Of a stretch of DNA of 42,207 nt, positions 39,680 through 42,207 are shown piece after piece. The stretch is from the NCBI GenBank assembly GCA_963754945.1, contig CAVWIG010000022.1:1-42207 (forward strand), read 5' to 3'. The translations under genes were made by a program, and so were the position numbers. Position 1 is the first letter of the stretch. Every line of letters starts with the position of its first letter. This DNA is from Methanotrichaceae archaeon. GTDB taxonomy: Archaea > Halobacteriota > Methanosarcinia > Methanotrichales > Methanotrichaceae. The notes beneath the pieces are model-generated. The model worked only from the letters and a program-made list of their open reading frames with translations. It did no database searches and was not told where the DNA came from.

Positions 39680-40219
39680 GTAATATTTGGATTATTCGCA
39701 GCAAGTAATATTGCTTTGCAAATTACCCTTCCTTTGTTTAGCTATATTGGTGTTTGGAATTATCTCTCCTGGGTTCCGAAGGATTTACAATCAACCACTT
39801 CTGTAATCATAACAATGATTGCAATATCCATATTAATATCATATTACTGGAAAATCCATTTGCGTTAATAGCTGATCACATGGACTGAAAGCATTAGGAT
39901 AACCTTATTGGGAAAACGATTGTGAAGTTGATTCATGAAGGTAGGAAAGGCTTATGAAAAAATATTCGAACATTTTAAATAAGTTTCAAGCTCATGAGTA
40001 ATCATGGACGCCAAGCCTGCTCCGCACGTTATGGTACGCCAGACTCAATGAACGGCTGGTGGAGCTTGGCAAAGAGGACCCTGAGATCTATAAACATTGG
40101 CACGATTGGTTCGAGCCAAAAGTGAAGCAGCCATTGTGGCTCAAGCCAAAATGTATTACTTTTCGACTTGGTCTCTTTTGGCCTAACTACCCTTACAGCT
40201 AACTGGTCATTCTAATACT

Positions 40220-40972
40220 TTGTGGAATGATTTATCGACAATTGCCCGATATAGATCTCTTGATAGCAGTCAAATCAAAATAAGAACCAGAATCTATAGC
40301 TCAAAGGCACGGGGGAGTTATAGGTATGTCGCGATAGAAGTTGTCTATAAGGCCTACGAGAAATATTGCGAGACCATGAACGCGGCCGCAACGAACCCCC
40401 AAAAGTTTGGGTTTGGTGTTAAGCGGGTGTGTGGTGGAAACGTTAAATCCGAACGTCAGAGATCCCCAGCAGACTACAAGACGTTAATCAGAGTATATCA
40501 TGGGTTTAGATTTGACTCGGAGAGGTTCGCCACATTCTTGGCAAATTCTAGCCAGGTACAGGAAGATTTACGTTCCGAGTTCAAAACCGCTCAACTCGGA
40601 ACACTCGGAACTAATGCTAGCAGCGGACACGTTCCGAGTAACGTTCCGATGTACGGGGGTGTACGAACTCGGAACGTAAATGAAGATTCCAGTAAAAAGT
40701 CTGAACCCGGACAGGAGGAGCACACTGATATTATCCCTGAAGAGGCTAAAAAAGACGAAAGCCAGACAAATTCTGAGTCAAAAGAGACAAAATCAACCAT
40801 TGGTCCGAAATTCGTAGGGGACCAGGAATATGCCCTTGATAAGGCTGTAATCAGCCTGCGGGAGAAGGATTATCCGGTCAATGTGAACAGTATTCAGACT
40901 TACCTGAGGGCCAACAGAACGGAAATGGCGAACCACGTTGTAGAAAAATACATGAAGGTGAAGAATTTATGA
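40220..40972 (+). pseudogene. C-terminal wHTH of a primase/helicase (D5/P4-like) replication protein, 5'-truncated
   Basis: YVAIEVVYKAYEKYCE......NPQKFG..VKR......R..Y.GFRF pattern; no helicase core upstream. Confidence 0.6.
40571..40677. repeat. CTCGGAAC/GTTCCGAG iterons
   Basis: 6 copies at about 40572, 40595, 40604, 40631, 40643 (imperfect) and 40668, both orientations. Confidence 0.75.
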
Positions 40973-41486
40973 AGAAAAATGCGCAAAAAAGCGATAAGAA
41001 ACCAAAGAATTGGCTAACTCGTAGCGTCGAATAGCAGGAAGAAGAGCAAAAGAAGATAAAAGAACAGGAAACCCTCGAATATAAGAAACCAGCAACTTCC
41101 GCCACTACGAGCAAAATGATATCAGATTTAGAGGATGGTCCGACCCTCAAAAGTCTCTAATTACCTCTGTTGATGAGTCACAGAACGGACCATAATGATG
41201 AGCATATCCCGGCGGTCACTGTAAGGATTGATCATCACTTAATAAATATATGTTTGTCGCAGTAATTGTACCAAAGTTCTTGTTTCAGAATTATCAATAT
41301 CAGTAGACCCTTATGATAGGTCGACATGGTTCGCTAAGTCCGATCTACATTTATATCCACAGGATAATGAAGATCGTTGGACTCATGTCGTACTGAAGTT
41401 CGCTTTCCTTCATTATACGAACTTCGGTTAGACCGTCTAAGGTTATTAGGATTGCACTATCTTACCGTGCTATATATTAGCACGGC

Positions 41487-41642
41487 TCACGGTTGCGATA
41501 ATTCATCTTCAAGTCGATTGAAATTTCGATCGATAAGTATAGTATCTATTCTGCCCATTTCATCAGCATTCCTGACCAATCTGTCCAAACATTGTTGTCT
41601 CATCTTAAGCAATTCTATCGATGTTAATCTATTCAAATCCAT
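41487..41642 (-). CDS. 51-aa hypothetical protein, not in the ORF track
   Basis: MDLNRLTSIELLKMRQQCLDRLVRNADEMG...; GAGGTG RBS; followed by hairpin CCGTGCTA-N5-TAGCACGG at 41465-41485. Confidence 0.5.
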   Translation of the reverse strand: MDLNRLTSIELLKMRQQCLDRLVRNADEMGRIDTILIDRNFNRLEDELSQP

Positions 41643-41661
41643 CCAGACACCTCTCTAATGC

Positions 41662-41897
41662 AAGTGATCCAGGTAAGCCGGTAAGTAAGCCAGAATAATC
41701 AATAACTATAGAACTATTGGATTACTTGGATTACTTGGATTACTTACTTTACCTTAATATGTAGCTGGCATATAAGGAATGTACATCTTTGTACATTCTA
41801 ACCCTACCAATTAAGTATTTGAATTTGCGAGTATTCCAGGCGTTCCAAGTAAGCCAAGGGTCGCCTGTTGCCGATCAGCCGGATTACCTGGAATACT
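41662..41897. repeat. 9-bp iteron array (TTGGATTAC / GTAAKCCAR)
   Basis: TTGGATTAC x3 in tandem at 41717-41743; inverted variants at 41664-41692 and near 41849; GGATTACCTGG at 41881. Confidence 0.75.
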
Positions 41898-42207
41898 CTC
41901 TTCAAGTTCAACTATCCTTATCAACCACCCATAGACCTTACTGCCGTTGATTCTTCTGTGGGCTCTCCATCCCTTATGTGACTTAAAATCTGCCTTAACA
42001 AGTACACCCTTTGCTGCTAGTGCTTTAGTCATAGAGTCGACGTTAGGATGCTGAGTGAAGATGTGCAGCTTCTCCATTTCTGCTAGTATGAGTTCGGGTA
42101 AGACGAACAGGCCGTCTTCGCAGTGCTTCCCTAGAATGTACCCATCACATGTACCAGAAATCCCCTCAGGTTGCCATCTTTGCGGCTGGGAGGCTATCAA
42201 GGCCGAT
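41811..42207 (-). CDS. C-terminal wHTH of a DUF927/Cch-like or primase-helicase replication protein; runs off the window
   Basis: LFVLPE.I.....K.....P...SMTKALAAKGVL......R.RINGSKVYGWLI. Confidence 0.55.
   Translation of the reverse strand, partial: SALIASQPQRWQPEGISGTCDGYILGKHCEDGLFVLPELILAEMEKLHIFTQHPNVDSMTKALAAKGVLVKADFKSHKGWRAHRRINGSKVYGWLIRIVELEESIPGNPADRQQATLGLLGTPGILANSNT

Larger units (their letters stand above)
37423..39868 (+). pseudogene. Membrane protein with C-terminal 2-TM tail, broken by a frameshift (~37695), an IS200 and a MITE
   Basis: Removing 38853-39544 and the MITE plus one TSD copy gives in-frame ...FRKFGQ-IISVIFGLFAASNIALQ...WKIHLR*. Confidence 0.8.

Noticed and set aside
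39599-39868. Independent 89-aa membrane protein
   Set aside because: Its start lies inside the MITE; it is the 3' tail of the interrupted gene
40969-41160. In-frame TAG as a possible pyrrolysine readthrough
   Set aside because: Short low-complexity ORF in a decaying element and no pyl context; a nonsense mutation is simpler
1-42207. CRISPR array or cas genes
   Set aside because: No regularly spaced 24-47 bp repeats with unique spacers and no cas motifs seen

Overview
Archaeal window, most consistent with a Methanothrix-like methanogen (inferred from gene content: MfnF, F420-binding FrhB family, split GltB, aIF-1A/RIO1/KH cluster; no database check was possible). GC-rich core blocks (about 15.5-18.4 kb and 23.3-37.3 kb) carry the nitrogen-assimilation cluster (glnA with frameshifts, gltB1-3), tRNA-Arg(GCG) with a 14-nt intron, uppS, tRNA-Val(CAC), aIF-1A, RIO1, KH, S2P, mfnF, FrhB-like and ychF. 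They alternate with AT-rich accessory DNA. (i) 1-13.9 kb: remnants of integrated elements around a tRNA-Leu(CAA) 3'-half att site. These include an RHH/coiled-coil/WWQFW protein whose promoter and coding sequence hold a helically phased 8-bp repeat array (candidate single-protein partitioning system), a cassette-like array punctuated by a mosaic mini-wHTH repeat, a NYN nuclease and an HsdR_N-SeqA-like fusion. The region is cut on the right by an IS5 lacking a target duplication. (ii) 18.5-23 kb: an AbrB, DUF4258-like, Zn-finger/SocA(Panacea), TGT-fold operon (candidate novel toxin-antitoxin or defence system) plus DUF1883. (iii) 37.4-42.2 kb: a membrane-protein gene hit by a frameshift, an IS200 and a MITE, followed by two replicon remnants with iteron arrays. 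A 118-bp MITE with 8-bp TSDs occurs twice. No CRISPR array was seen.
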